Positions 45,304 to 52,480 of a DNA stretch of 64,000 nucleotides are shown here, piece by piece (the first letter of the stretch is position 1; each line of letters opens with the position of its first letter). A program made the translations under genes and the position numbers. The notes beneath the pieces are model-generated. The model did no database searches, had not been told where the DNA came from, and worked only from the letters and a program-made list of their open reading frames with translations. The stretch comes from an uncultured Thermotogae bacterium (GTDB lineage: Bacteria > Bipolaricaulota > Bipolaricaulia > RBG-16-55-9), in assembly GCA_964567595.1 (NCBI GenBank), contig CAZMNF010000002.1, forward strand, positions 39,149 through 103,148. The letters run 5' to 3'.

Positions 45304-46746
45304 ATGGCCCTGGCCCGCTACATCGTCCCGATCGATCGAAATGCCGTCTGGACCCATCTGGCCGCCGTCCTGCGCATCCTCGCGGCACTGCTTGGGGTTC
45401 CAACCCTCGTCGCGCTCGCTTGGGCTGAGTTCGTCTACGCCGGGCTCCTTGGGGCCATCGCGGCGACGGTGTTCGGGCTCGGCTGGCTCGGCCAACGGCC
45501 AGACCGGCCCGCGCTCGGCGTGCGAGAGGCCTTGGCCGTGACGGCGCTGGCGTATCTGGTCGCCAGCCTCCTCGGAGCCGCAGCGTTCTGGCCCGTCGCC
45601 CCTGTCGTCGACGGTTGGTTCGAGGCGATGAGCGGGTTCACCGCGACGGGGCTGACGCTGATGCCCGTGGACGAGCTGCCCGAGAGCCTGCTCTTTTTTC
45701 GCGCCTACATGCAGTGGATCGGCGGGGCCGGGATCATCATCATCGCGCTGGCCGTCCTGATGCGGCCCGCCCCCGGCGCCCATCGGCTGTACGCCTCCGA
45801 ATTCAGCGAAGACAATATCCTGGGCAACGTCCGCACGACGGTCCGGATCGTCGCCGAGATCTATCTCGGCATGACGCTGATCGGATGGCTGGCGTATCTG
45901 ATCGGCGGAATGGCTCCCTGGCCCGCGCTGCTCTACGCGTTGACGACGATCTCCACAGCCGGGTTCGCTCCCCACGGGGCGAGCCTGGGCCACTTCGACA
46001 GCACGACGATCCATCTAGCGGGTGTTTTGGGCATGCTGTTGGGATCGATCAGCTTCTTTCTCTACTATCGAGCCATCCGCGAGCGAGAAGGGCTTCTCCC
46101 GCTGTGGCGCGACGTCCAGGTGCGGGCGCTGCTCGGCGTTGTCGGGGTTTCGACGCTCGCGATCTGGGGCGCCCATCGCTGGGGGCTCGATGAGTTCCTG
46201 CCGAGCCTGTTCCACGCCGTGGCCGCGCTTACCACGAGCGGGTTGCACCTGACCGATCCCGCGAGCTGGCCCGACGGGGTCAAGCTCCTGGCGGCGCTGC
46301 TGCTCGTCACCGGCGGTTCGGCGGGATCCACCGTGGGCGGGATCAAGCTGATCCGCGCGATCGTGCTCGTGCGCTCGGCCGGCTGGCTCGTGGTCCGCTC
46401 GCTTCTGCCTCACGAAGCGAAGACGCCGTTCAAGCTGGGGGCGTTCGTCGTCTCCGACAATGAATTGAAGGAACTGCTCGGCTTTATGGTGATTTTTATT
46501 ATCATTTGGATTTTAACAGCTTTGATGCTGGCGTTTACGGGTCATGGCGGTCTGAATGCTGTCTTTGAGAGCGCGTCCTCGCTCGGCATCGGCGGGCTCT
46601 CGGTCGGGGTGGCGACGCCGGAGCTGGCCGTTTGGGGCAAGGTCTGGCTCACGCTTACCATGTGGCTCGGGCGGCTGGAGCTGTTGCCGGTGCTGCTTGT
46701 GCTCTATCCGCGCTCGTGGCGCCGTTTCGGGAGGGCCCGCGCATGA
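45304..46746 (+). CDS. trkH: TrkH/KtrB family potassium transporter membrane subunit
   Basis: Repeated MPM selectivity motifs (MSGFTATGL, ISTAGFAP, TTSGLH, GGSAGSTVGGIK). Confidence 0.85.
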   Translation: MALARYIVPIDRNAVWTHLAAVLRILAALLGVPTLVALAWAEFVYAGLLGAIAATVFGLGWLGQRPDRPALGVREALAVTALAYLVASLLGAAAFWPVAPVVDGWFEAMSGFTATGLTLMPVDELPESLLFFRAYMQWIGGAGIIIIALAVLMRPAPGAHRLYASEFSEDNILGNVRTTVRIVAEIYLGMTLIGWLAYLIGGMAPWPALLYALTTISTAGFAPHGASLGHFDSTTIHLAGVLGMLLGSISFFLYYRAIREREGLLPLWRDVQVRALLGVVGVSTLAIWGAHRWGLDEFLPSLFHAVAALTTSGLHLTDPASWPDGVKLLAALLLVTGGSAGSTVGGIKLIRAIVLVRSAGWLVVRSLLPHEAKTPFKLGAFVVSDNELKELLGFMVIFIIIWILTALMLAFTGHGGLNAVFESASSLGIGGLSVGVATPELAVWGKVWLTLTMWLGRLELLPVLLVLYPRSWRRFGRARA

Positions 46747-47426
46747 GGATTGTCATTGTCGGGATCGGCGATGTCGGATGGGCGCTGGTGGAGAGCCTCA
46801 CCTCGCTCGGGCGCCATGAGCTCGTGCTCATCGACGACGATCCCGATCGAGCGGAACAGGCCTCGAACGCCTTCGACGCCCTCGTGCTCGAGGGCGACGG
46901 GACCGACCCAACGATCCTGGGCAAGGCCGAGCTCGACGACGCCGACGCCCTGGTCGCCACGACCGGCTCGGACGCGATCAACACCGTCATCACCATGCTC
47001 GGGCACCGGGCCGGGGTGGAAACCATCGTCGTCAAGCTGCGCGGGGTCGGGCTGCGCGCGGCCTGCCAGGAGATCGGGGTCTCCAAGATCATCGCCCCGA
47101 AGATCTCCGCCGCCGCCGAGATCGTCGAGACCTTGCACGGGTTCCACAGCCTCGACTTCTCCGTCGTGGCTCGCGGCGGGCTCCAGCTGGTGGAGCTGGA
47201 CGCCGGCACCGCCGCGGGCCAGACGGCCTCGGAGCTGGAGCTGCCGGACGGGGCGCTGATCGTGTCCGTGCTGCGGGACGACCAAGTCCTCATCCCGCGC
47301 GGCGGCACCCGGATCCAAGCCAACGATGTCCTGCTGACGCTCGTGCAGGACAAGGCCAACCTCGACGCCGTCCGCAAGCTCCTCGCGCTGGAGTCGTCCG
47401 ACGATGATTCGGACGAGACCCGCTAA
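46743..47426 (+). CDS. trkA: TrkA/KtrA RCK-domain potassium uptake regulatory subunit
   Basis: MRIVIVGIGDVGWAL (Rossmann) plus a TrkA_C block; ATGA overlap with the trkH stop. Confidence 0.85.
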   Translation: MRIVIVGIGDVGWALVESLTSLGRHELVLIDDDPDRAEQASNAFDALVLEGDGTDPTILGKAELDDADALVATTGSDAINTVITMLGHRAGVETIVVKLRGVGLRAACQEIGVSKIIAPKISAAAEIVETLHGFHSLDFSVVARGGLQLVELDAGTAAGQTASELELPDGALIVSVLRDDQVLIPRGGTRIQANDVLLTLVQDKANLDAVRKLLALESSDDDSDETR

Positions 47427-47436
47427 CTGCTCGCCC

Positions 47437-47967
47437 TTACGACTTCCACTTGATGGTGCAGCCGACCGGATCGGTCGTCGGCACGGGCGGCGTCCCGCCC
47501 TGGACGATCGCTTCCAGGGCGTCGCGGAGATAGGTCTGTTCGACGGCGTCCGGGTCCTCGTAGTTGTCATCGATTGTGCCGTGATACTGTAGCGTCAGAC
47601 CGCCGTCGAAGAGAAAGACTTCCGGGGTGCGCTCGGCGCCGTAGGCCGTGGCGATCTCTTGGGTCGGATCCTGGAGATAGGGGAACGGATAGCTCTGCTC
47701 CTGGACGCGCTGCTGCATCGCTTCAAAGTTGTCGTCCGGATAGTTTTCGGGATCGTTCGCGTTGATGAGCACGAACGGGATGCCCTTCGGCTCGAACTCC
47801 TGGGCAAGCGCAATCATGCGGTCCTCGTAGGCTTTGACAAAGGGACAATGGTTGCAGCTGAAAATGACGGCGACGCCGTTGTCGCCCTTGAGCTCGTTCA
47901 GGCTGTGCTGTTGGCCGTCGGTGCCCTTCAGTGTGAAATCGGGCGCTTGCGTGCCGAGGTTGGGCAT
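47437..47967 (-). CDS. Thioredoxin-fold redoxin family protein (CNHC motif)
   Basis: APDFTLKGTDGQ...VIFSCNHCPFV...RTPEVFLFD; GGAGGA lies 7 nt upstream of ATG 47967. Confidence 0.8.
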   Translation of the reverse strand: MPNLGTQAPDFTLKGTDGQQHSLNELKGDNGVAVIFSCNHCPFVKAYEDRMIALAQEFEPKGIPFVLINANDPENYPDDNFEAMQQRVQEQSYPFPYLQDPTQEIATAYGAERTPEVFLFDGGLTLQYHGTIDDNYEDPDAVEQTYLRDALEAIVQGGTPPVPTTDPVGCTIKWKS

Positions 47968-48041
47968 GGTGAATCCTCCTCGTGTGATGTGGGCTACATT
48001 GATGATATGGCACAGTCCATGAGCCCGCAAGGTATCCGCAT

Positions 48042-48070
48042 TTGGATGCGCTTCCCCGGTGGTGTATCAT
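48042..48070 (+). promoter_or_regulatory. Promoter candidate for crcB giving a leader of about 9 nt
   Basis: TTGGAT (48042..48047), a 17-nt spacer, then TATCAT (48065..48070). The ATG is at 48086 and has no SD. Confidence 0.35.
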
Positions 48071-48085
48071 CGGCGTCGTGGGTTC

Positions 48086-48475
48086 ATGATGATGCGTTGG
48101 TGGTGGATCGGCCTCGGCGGGTTGCTCGGCGCGTGGGCCCGCTACGGGCTCGACACGCTCGTCTATCGTTGGCTCAACGAGCCCGTGTTCCCGTACGGGA
48201 CCGTGGTCGTCAACGGGCTGGGATGCCTCATGATCGGCTTTCTGGCCCAGTTGGGCGAACAGCGTGGGCTCTTTTCCCCGGAGAGTCGTGCGCTCGTCTT
48301 CATCGGCCTGCTCGGCGCGTTCACGACGTTCTCGACGTTCGGCTACGAGACAGTCGCGCTGCTGCGTGACGGGGACGTTTGGCGCGCCGGCGCCAACTTG
48401 GGCGTTCATCTCGTGCTGGCGGTCGGCGGCGTCTGGGGTGGCATGGCGGTGGCCGACGTCGTTGCGGGAGGTTGA
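48086..48475 (+). CDS. crcB: Fluoride ion channel CrcB/FluC
   Basis: IGLGGLLGAWARYGL...GTVVVNGLGCLMIGF...GLLGAFTTFSTF. The start is taken at the MMM cluster; the track GTG 48059 is possible. Confidence 0.85.
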   Translation: MMMRWWWIGLGGLLGAWARYGLDTLVYRWLNEPVFPYGTVVVNGLGCLMIGFLAQLGEQRGLFSPESRALVFIGLLGAFTTFSTFGYETVALLRDGDVWRAGANLGVHLVLAVGGVWGGMAVADVVAGG

Positions 48476-48480
48476 TTGGC

Positions 48481-48828
48481 GTGCTGCCCAAGTCCGGAAA
48501 ACGGTTGCGGATCTACATTGGCGAGGGCGATCGCTACGACAACCTGTCGCTGTCGGAATGGCTCGTGCGCAAGGCACGCGAAGAGGAGTTGGCGGGCGCT
48601 ACGGTGTTGCGTGGCATCGAAGGCTTCGGCGCCCACAGCCGCATCCACACCTCGAAGATCCTGCGCCTCTCCGAAGACTTGCCCATCGTCGTCGAGATCG
48701 TCGACACGGACGACAAGATCGAGCGCTTCCTGGAGACCGTCGACGGCGTCATTGAGGAGGGCCTGGCGACGGTGGAATCCGTCGAGGTCCGCTTCTATGG
48801 CAGTCGTCAAGGCTCGGACGATGCGTGA
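48481..48828 (+). CDS. DUF190 domain protein (commonly paired with crcB)
   Basis: KRLRIYIGEGDRY....L..WLV.KA.E..LAGATVLRGIEGFG; GGGAGG lies 9 nt upstream of GTG 48481. Confidence 0.8.
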   Translation: MLPKSGKRLRIYIGEGDRYDNLSLSEWLVRKAREEELAGATVLRGIEGFGAHSRIHTSKILRLSEDLPIVVEIVDTDDKIERFLETVDGVIEEGLATVESVEVRFYGSRQGSDDA

Positions 48829-48829
48829 G

Positions 48830-49297
48830 CTAGTCGAGCAGCGCCACGGCCTGGGCCCAGATCCCTTCCGATCGGCCTAACGAGCCGAGGCCTTCCGGTC
48901 GCGTCGCCTTCAGATTCATCTGGTCTCGGCCAATCTCGAGAACGCCCATCAATTGATCGGTCATTGTGTGGAGATAGGGCGCCAGCATCGGTTCCTCGGC
49001 AACGATGACGGCGTCGACGTTGCCGATCGACCATCCGTGATCTGTGAGCATCCCCTCGACGCGCTCCAACAAGACGAGACTGGAGATATTCGCATATTGC
49101 GGGTCGTTGGCCGGGAAGTGCTCGCCGATGTCGCCCAGCGCGGCCGCGCCGAGCAGCGCGTCGCAGACGGCATGAGTCAGCGCGTCGGCGTCCGAATAGC
49201 CCGCCAAGCCCTGGTGATGGGGAATTTCGACGCCGCCCAACACGAGCGGGCGATCGGGCGTGAAGCGATGCAGATCGACGCCGATCCCGACGCGCAT
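48830..49297 (-). CDS. ispF: 2-C-methyl-D-erythritol 2,4-cyclodiphosphate synthase (Tyr at the conserved His34 position)
   Basis: MRVGIGVDLHRF...LGGV.IP...SDADALTHAVCDALLGAAALGDIGEHFP; collinear with E. coli IspF numbering. Confidence 0.9.
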   Translation of the reverse strand: MRVGIGVDLHRFTPDRPLVLGGVEIPHHQGLAGYSDADALTHAVCDALLGAAALGDIGEHFPANDPQYANISSLVLLERVEGMLTDHGWSIGNVDAVIVAEEPMLAPYLHTMTDQLMGVLEIGRDQMNLKATRPEGLGSLGRSEGIWAQAVALLD

Positions 49298-49388
49298 GAC
49301 GGCATCAAGCGTAGACTCGTTGGCTCGAGGCTGCAAGCGAGACCCGCGTCCTTGCCGACGTCATGGGAAACCCTCTAGGCTGACGGTC

Positions 49389-50393
49389 ATGTCGACCCTT
49401 CTCGTCCTTTGGCTCGTGGCCTTCACGCTGTCCTTGACCGGCACTCGTTCGTTTCTGGATCGAATGCAGCACGCGGGCACGGGCCAGCCGATCCGCGACT
49501 ACGGGCCGACCATTCACGCCCACAAGGAGGGCACGCCCACAGGCGGCGGACTCGTCCCGCTGATGGTCTTGGCCTTTGGCGCGCTGTTGGCCGCTCTAAT
49601 GGGCATGCTGGATGCTCGCGGCGCGCTCCTCGTCGCGGCGGCGCTGGCCTTTGGCGCGGTCGGCATGATCGACGACGCCATCAAGCTTGCTCAACGCCAT
49701 GCCAAGGGGCTCGCCGCTCGCTACAAGCTGGGGCTCCAGATCGCCCTAGCGGTCGGATGGGTCGGTCTCACTCATGCATTCGTCGGCCTGGATCGGGCGC
49801 TGATCGTGCCGTTCGGCGGAACGTGGCAACCGGACGTTGGTATCGCCGGCGTCATCGCTGTCTTCGTCCTGGTCGGCACGGTCAATGCGCTCAACATCAC
49901 CGACGGCCTCGACGGATTGGCCGGGGGCGTCGGCCTTATCGCGCTGGCGGCCTTCATCGGGCTCATCGCGCAAGGTTCCCTGGGTAGCGGCATGCTCTTG
50001 CTAGCCGGCATGCTCGCCGCGGCGCTGCTCGGCTTCCTCGTCTGGAACGTCCACCCCGCGCGGGTGTTCTTGGGCGACTGCGGGGCGATGGGGCTCGGCG
50101 GCGCGACGGCCGCCCTGGCCGTTCTCACCCGCACAGAGCTTCTCTTGCCCCTGATCGCGCTGGTTCCGCTTGGGGAGACGCTGTCGGTCATGGTCCAAGT
50201 CCCCTACTACAAGCTGACCGGCCGCCGGATCTTCAAAGTCAGTCCGCTCCACCACCATTTTGAGCGCGCCCAAGGCGTCGAAACCCCTTTTCTGCTGCCC
50301 GGCGCCGAGTGGCCGGAGGGGCGAATCACGTTGGCCTTCTGGGGCGTTGCGGCTTTCGGGGTTCTGACGGCGCTCTGGGCCGCGTCTGCATAA
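49389..50393 (+). CDS. mraY: Phospho-N-acetylmuramoyl-pentapeptide transferase
   Basis: HKEGTPTGGG, MIDDAIKL, NALNITDGLDGLAGG and PLHHHFE motifs; trimmed from the track ORF at 49260. Confidence 0.85.
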   Translation: MSTLLVLWLVAFTLSLTGTRSFLDRMQHAGTGQPIRDYGPTIHAHKEGTPTGGGLVPLMVLAFGALLAALMGMLDARGALLVAAALAFGAVGMIDDAIKLAQRHAKGLAARYKLGLQIALAVGWVGLTHAFVGLDRALIVPFGGTWQPDVGIAGVIAVFVLVGTVNALNITDGLDGLAGGVGLIALAAFIGLIAQGSLGSGMLLLAGMLAAALLGFLVWNVHPARVFLGDCGAMGLGGATAALAVLTRTELLLPLIALVPLGETLSVMVQVPYYKLTGRRIFKVSPLHHHFERAQGVETPFLLPGAEWPEGRITLAFWGVAAFGVLTALWAASA

Positions 50394-50469
50394 AGCTAGT
50401 GGGCCGCCTGGTCGCACGCTCGACGGTCGACGTCTGACGTGCAAACGCTTGTCAAGAGACCTTCTTGCC

Positions 50470-50515
50470 CTATCATTGCATATTAAGCGGGTTTTGCCAG
50501 TAGAAGCAATGATAG
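50470..50515. promoter_or_regulatory. Perfect 10-bp inverted repeat with a 26-nt spacer upstream of the BACON-repeat gene
   Basis: CTATCATTGC (50470..50479) and GCAATGATAG (50506..50515). Confidence 0.35.
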
Positions 50516-50539
50516 TGTGTGGTTGGTCGGTCGCCATCG

Positions 50540-50550
50540 CCCCCCCCCCC
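50540..50550 (+). repeat. C11 homopolymer tract 42 nt upstream of the start codon at 50593
   Basis: Counted directly: gc + cccccccccc; it reads as gcc ccc ccc ccc in the spurious upstream ORF frame. Confidence 0.9.
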
Positions 50551-50592
50551 GAGTCGACATCGGGAACCATCTTGCTATCAAAGGAGGATGTG

Positions 50593-51948
50593 ATGTTATC
50601 CATCACAACATCGGCGCGCTGGACGTTGACCCTTGCCCTCGCGGTGCTATTGGGGCTCATTTGGGCGTCTCCAACCGCCCTTCTTGCTCAAGGTCAACCG
50701 GCCCTCGAAGTCGAGCCCACCTCGCTCACCTTTGAGGCCGAAGCTGGCGGATCCGCCCCGGATGCCCAGACGTTGACCGTCACCAACGATGGCAGCGGGC
50801 AGATGGACTGGGAAATGGCCGATAACGCCGACTGGCTCATCGCGGAGAGCAGCGGCGTGCTCAACGGCGGTCAAAGCGCCGGCGTCAACGTCATTGTGCT
50901 GATCGACAATCTTGACGCGGGGACCTACGAAGCGACCATCACGGTCACGGCCGAGCAAGCCGACAACAGCCCGGTTGAAGTCCCGGTCACGTTGACCCTG
51001 CAGGGGTCCGCGAGCATGGGCGAGCTGACGGTCGAGCCCCGCCAGCTCAACCTTCAGGCCGAAAAGGGCGGCAATCCCCCGTCTGAGACCGTCACGATCG
51101 AGAATACGGGGGACGCAGCGCTGGACTGGACGGCCGAGTCCCGAGCCGATTGGCTCAGCCTTAGGCCCGATCGTGGCTCGTTGAGCCCCGGTCAGCGACG
51201 AAGCGTGCGCGTCACCGCGGATATCGAGTCGGTCAACGCCGGCGACTTCCAGACGACGATCGCCGTCAGCTCGCCCGACGCGAGCCGGAGTCCGGTGCGC
51301 GTCCAGGTGTCGCTCTCGTTGGAGGAGAGCCCGGACCAACCGGCGGGCCCCCAAGCGTGTGAGCGTGGCAACACGGTGTTCGCCGACGACTTCAGCGATC
51401 CCGGCAGCGGATGGACGCAGGATTCCGGCGGTGGCTTCAACTGGGGGTATGACGAGGGCGAGTATCGCGTCTTCATCACCGAGCCCAACTTCCTGATTTG
51501 GGCCTCGGCACCCTTCGACGAGTCCCGTATTCCCCGAAGCTACTGCCTGAGCGCCGACGTGAAGCAGCTCGTCCAGGGGAGTCTTTCCTCGCAGGGCGAG
51601 GTCGGCCTGATGTTTGCCAGAAGCGAGAGCAACAACACCTTCACCATGTTCAGCGTCGCGAACACAGAGCTATATCGCGTCGTTCGCTGGGACTGCAGCG
51701 GCTCTGGGTGCTCATCCGACGTCCTCGTTGAGGCCCAAGCGTCGGACGCGATTCGGTCACAGGACAGCTTCAACCGGTTGCAGATCATTGCCGAAGGACG
51801 CGAAGCCCGTCTGTTTATCAACGACACCCAGGTCGAGATTGTGTCGACCGAGACCTCCGGCTCTGTCGGCGTCATGACCATCAGCTTCGACGAGCCGAAC
51901 GTCAACGGTCGCTTCGACAACTTCGAGGTCACGGAACTGCCCCAGTGA
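50593..51948 (+). CDS. Secreted protein: two BACON-like Ig-fold repeats plus a C-terminal LamG/DUF1080-like jelly-roll
   Basis: AAAGGAGGA lies 4 nt upstream of ATG 50593. Signal peptide ...LIWASPTALLAQG. The repeats read LEVEPTSLTFEAEAGG...MDW...ADWL... and LTVEPRQLNLQAEKGG...LDWTAESRADWLSL... The C-terminal pattern is F.DDF..PGSGW...Y.V......FDNFEV. Confidence 0.8.
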   Translation: MLSITTSARWTLTLALAVLLGLIWASPTALLAQGQPALEVEPTSLTFEAEAGGSAPDAQTLTVTNDGSGQMDWEMADNADWLIAESSGVLNGGQSAGVNVIVLIDNLDAGTYEATITVTAEQADNSPVEVPVTLTLQGSASMGELTVEPRQLNLQAEKGGNPPSETVTIENTGDAALDWTAESRADWLSLRPDRGSLSPGQRRSVRVTADIESVNAGDFQTTIAVSSPDASRSPVRVQVSLSLEESPDQPAGPQACERGNTVFADDFSDPGSGWTQDSGGGFNWGYDEGEYRVFITEPNFLIWASAPFDESRIPRSYCLSADVKQLVQGSLSSQGEVGLMFARSESNNTFTMFSVANTELYRVVRWDCSGSGCSSDVLVEAQASDAIRSQDSFNRLQIIAEGREARLFINDTQVEIVSTETSGSVGVMTISFDEPNVNGRFDNFEVTELPQ

Positions 51949-51984
51949 CGATCAAGCTCGACAGCAAAGGAGGCCAGGTGAAAC

Positions 51985-52437
51985 ATGCGAATCGGATTTT
52001 GGATCGTCGTCGTCGGGGCGCTTGTCGGCCTCGTCGCGCAATTGATGCCGGGACCCGTCCTGGGTCCCGAGCAACCGCCTGACCAGCCGACCGACACGAC
52101 GGAACAGCCGAGACCGGAGCAACCCGAAGCGGAGCAGCCGGAACCGGAAGCCCGATTGCAGGACCGATTGGAAGGACTGGCCGAGGCCGACGATCCCGAA
52201 GCGTACGCGAGCCAGCACGATCTGACCTACGAGGACGGGATGGTCCAGGTCGTGGTCGAGCTCGGGGATCAAGCCGACCAGGCCACGTTCAGTTGGGCCG
52301 TGGGCGCCTTGGACGGCGAGGTGGAAACGTCGTACCAGGCCCGCTTTCAGGTGCGGGTGCCGCGTTCGGCGCTGATGAAGCTGGCGAGGCATCCGCACGT
52401 GGCGTTCATTCGAGCGCCGGTCCGACCTCAACGATGA
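51985..52437 (+). CDS. Membrane-tethered stand-alone subtilisin-propeptide (inhibitor I9)-like protein
   Basis: TM segment MRIGFWIVVVGALVGLVAQL and a Pro/Glu/Gln linker, followed by MVQVVVELGDQ...LDGEVETSYQARFQVRVPRSALMKLARHPHVAFIRAPV. This block parallels RARVVVEAASG...AGGRVETTYETSIQAYLSESTIRELADTNLVSFVRMPV of the next gene. AAAGGAGG lies upstream. Confidence 0.75.
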   Translation: MRIGFWIVVVGALVGLVAQLMPGPVLGPEQPPDQPTDTTEQPRPEQPEAEQPEPEARLQDRLEGLAEADDPEAYASQHDLTYEDGMVQVVVELGDQADQATFSWAVGALDGEVETSYQARFQVRVPRSALMKLARHPHVAFIRAPVRPQR

Positions 52438-52480
52438 GGTCTGAGCCCAGGAAAGACGCATAAGGAGGATCAGCAACATC

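Noticed and set aside
47968-48100. Possible fluoride riboswitch in front of crcB
   Set aside because: Only short coincidental matches (GGATG, TTC, ATGATGATGCG). The P1 stem would be 2 bp, there is no AAAC linker, and 12 nt intervene between the only candidate P3 hairpin and the UGAUG-like element. It is kept as a testable negative in the findings.
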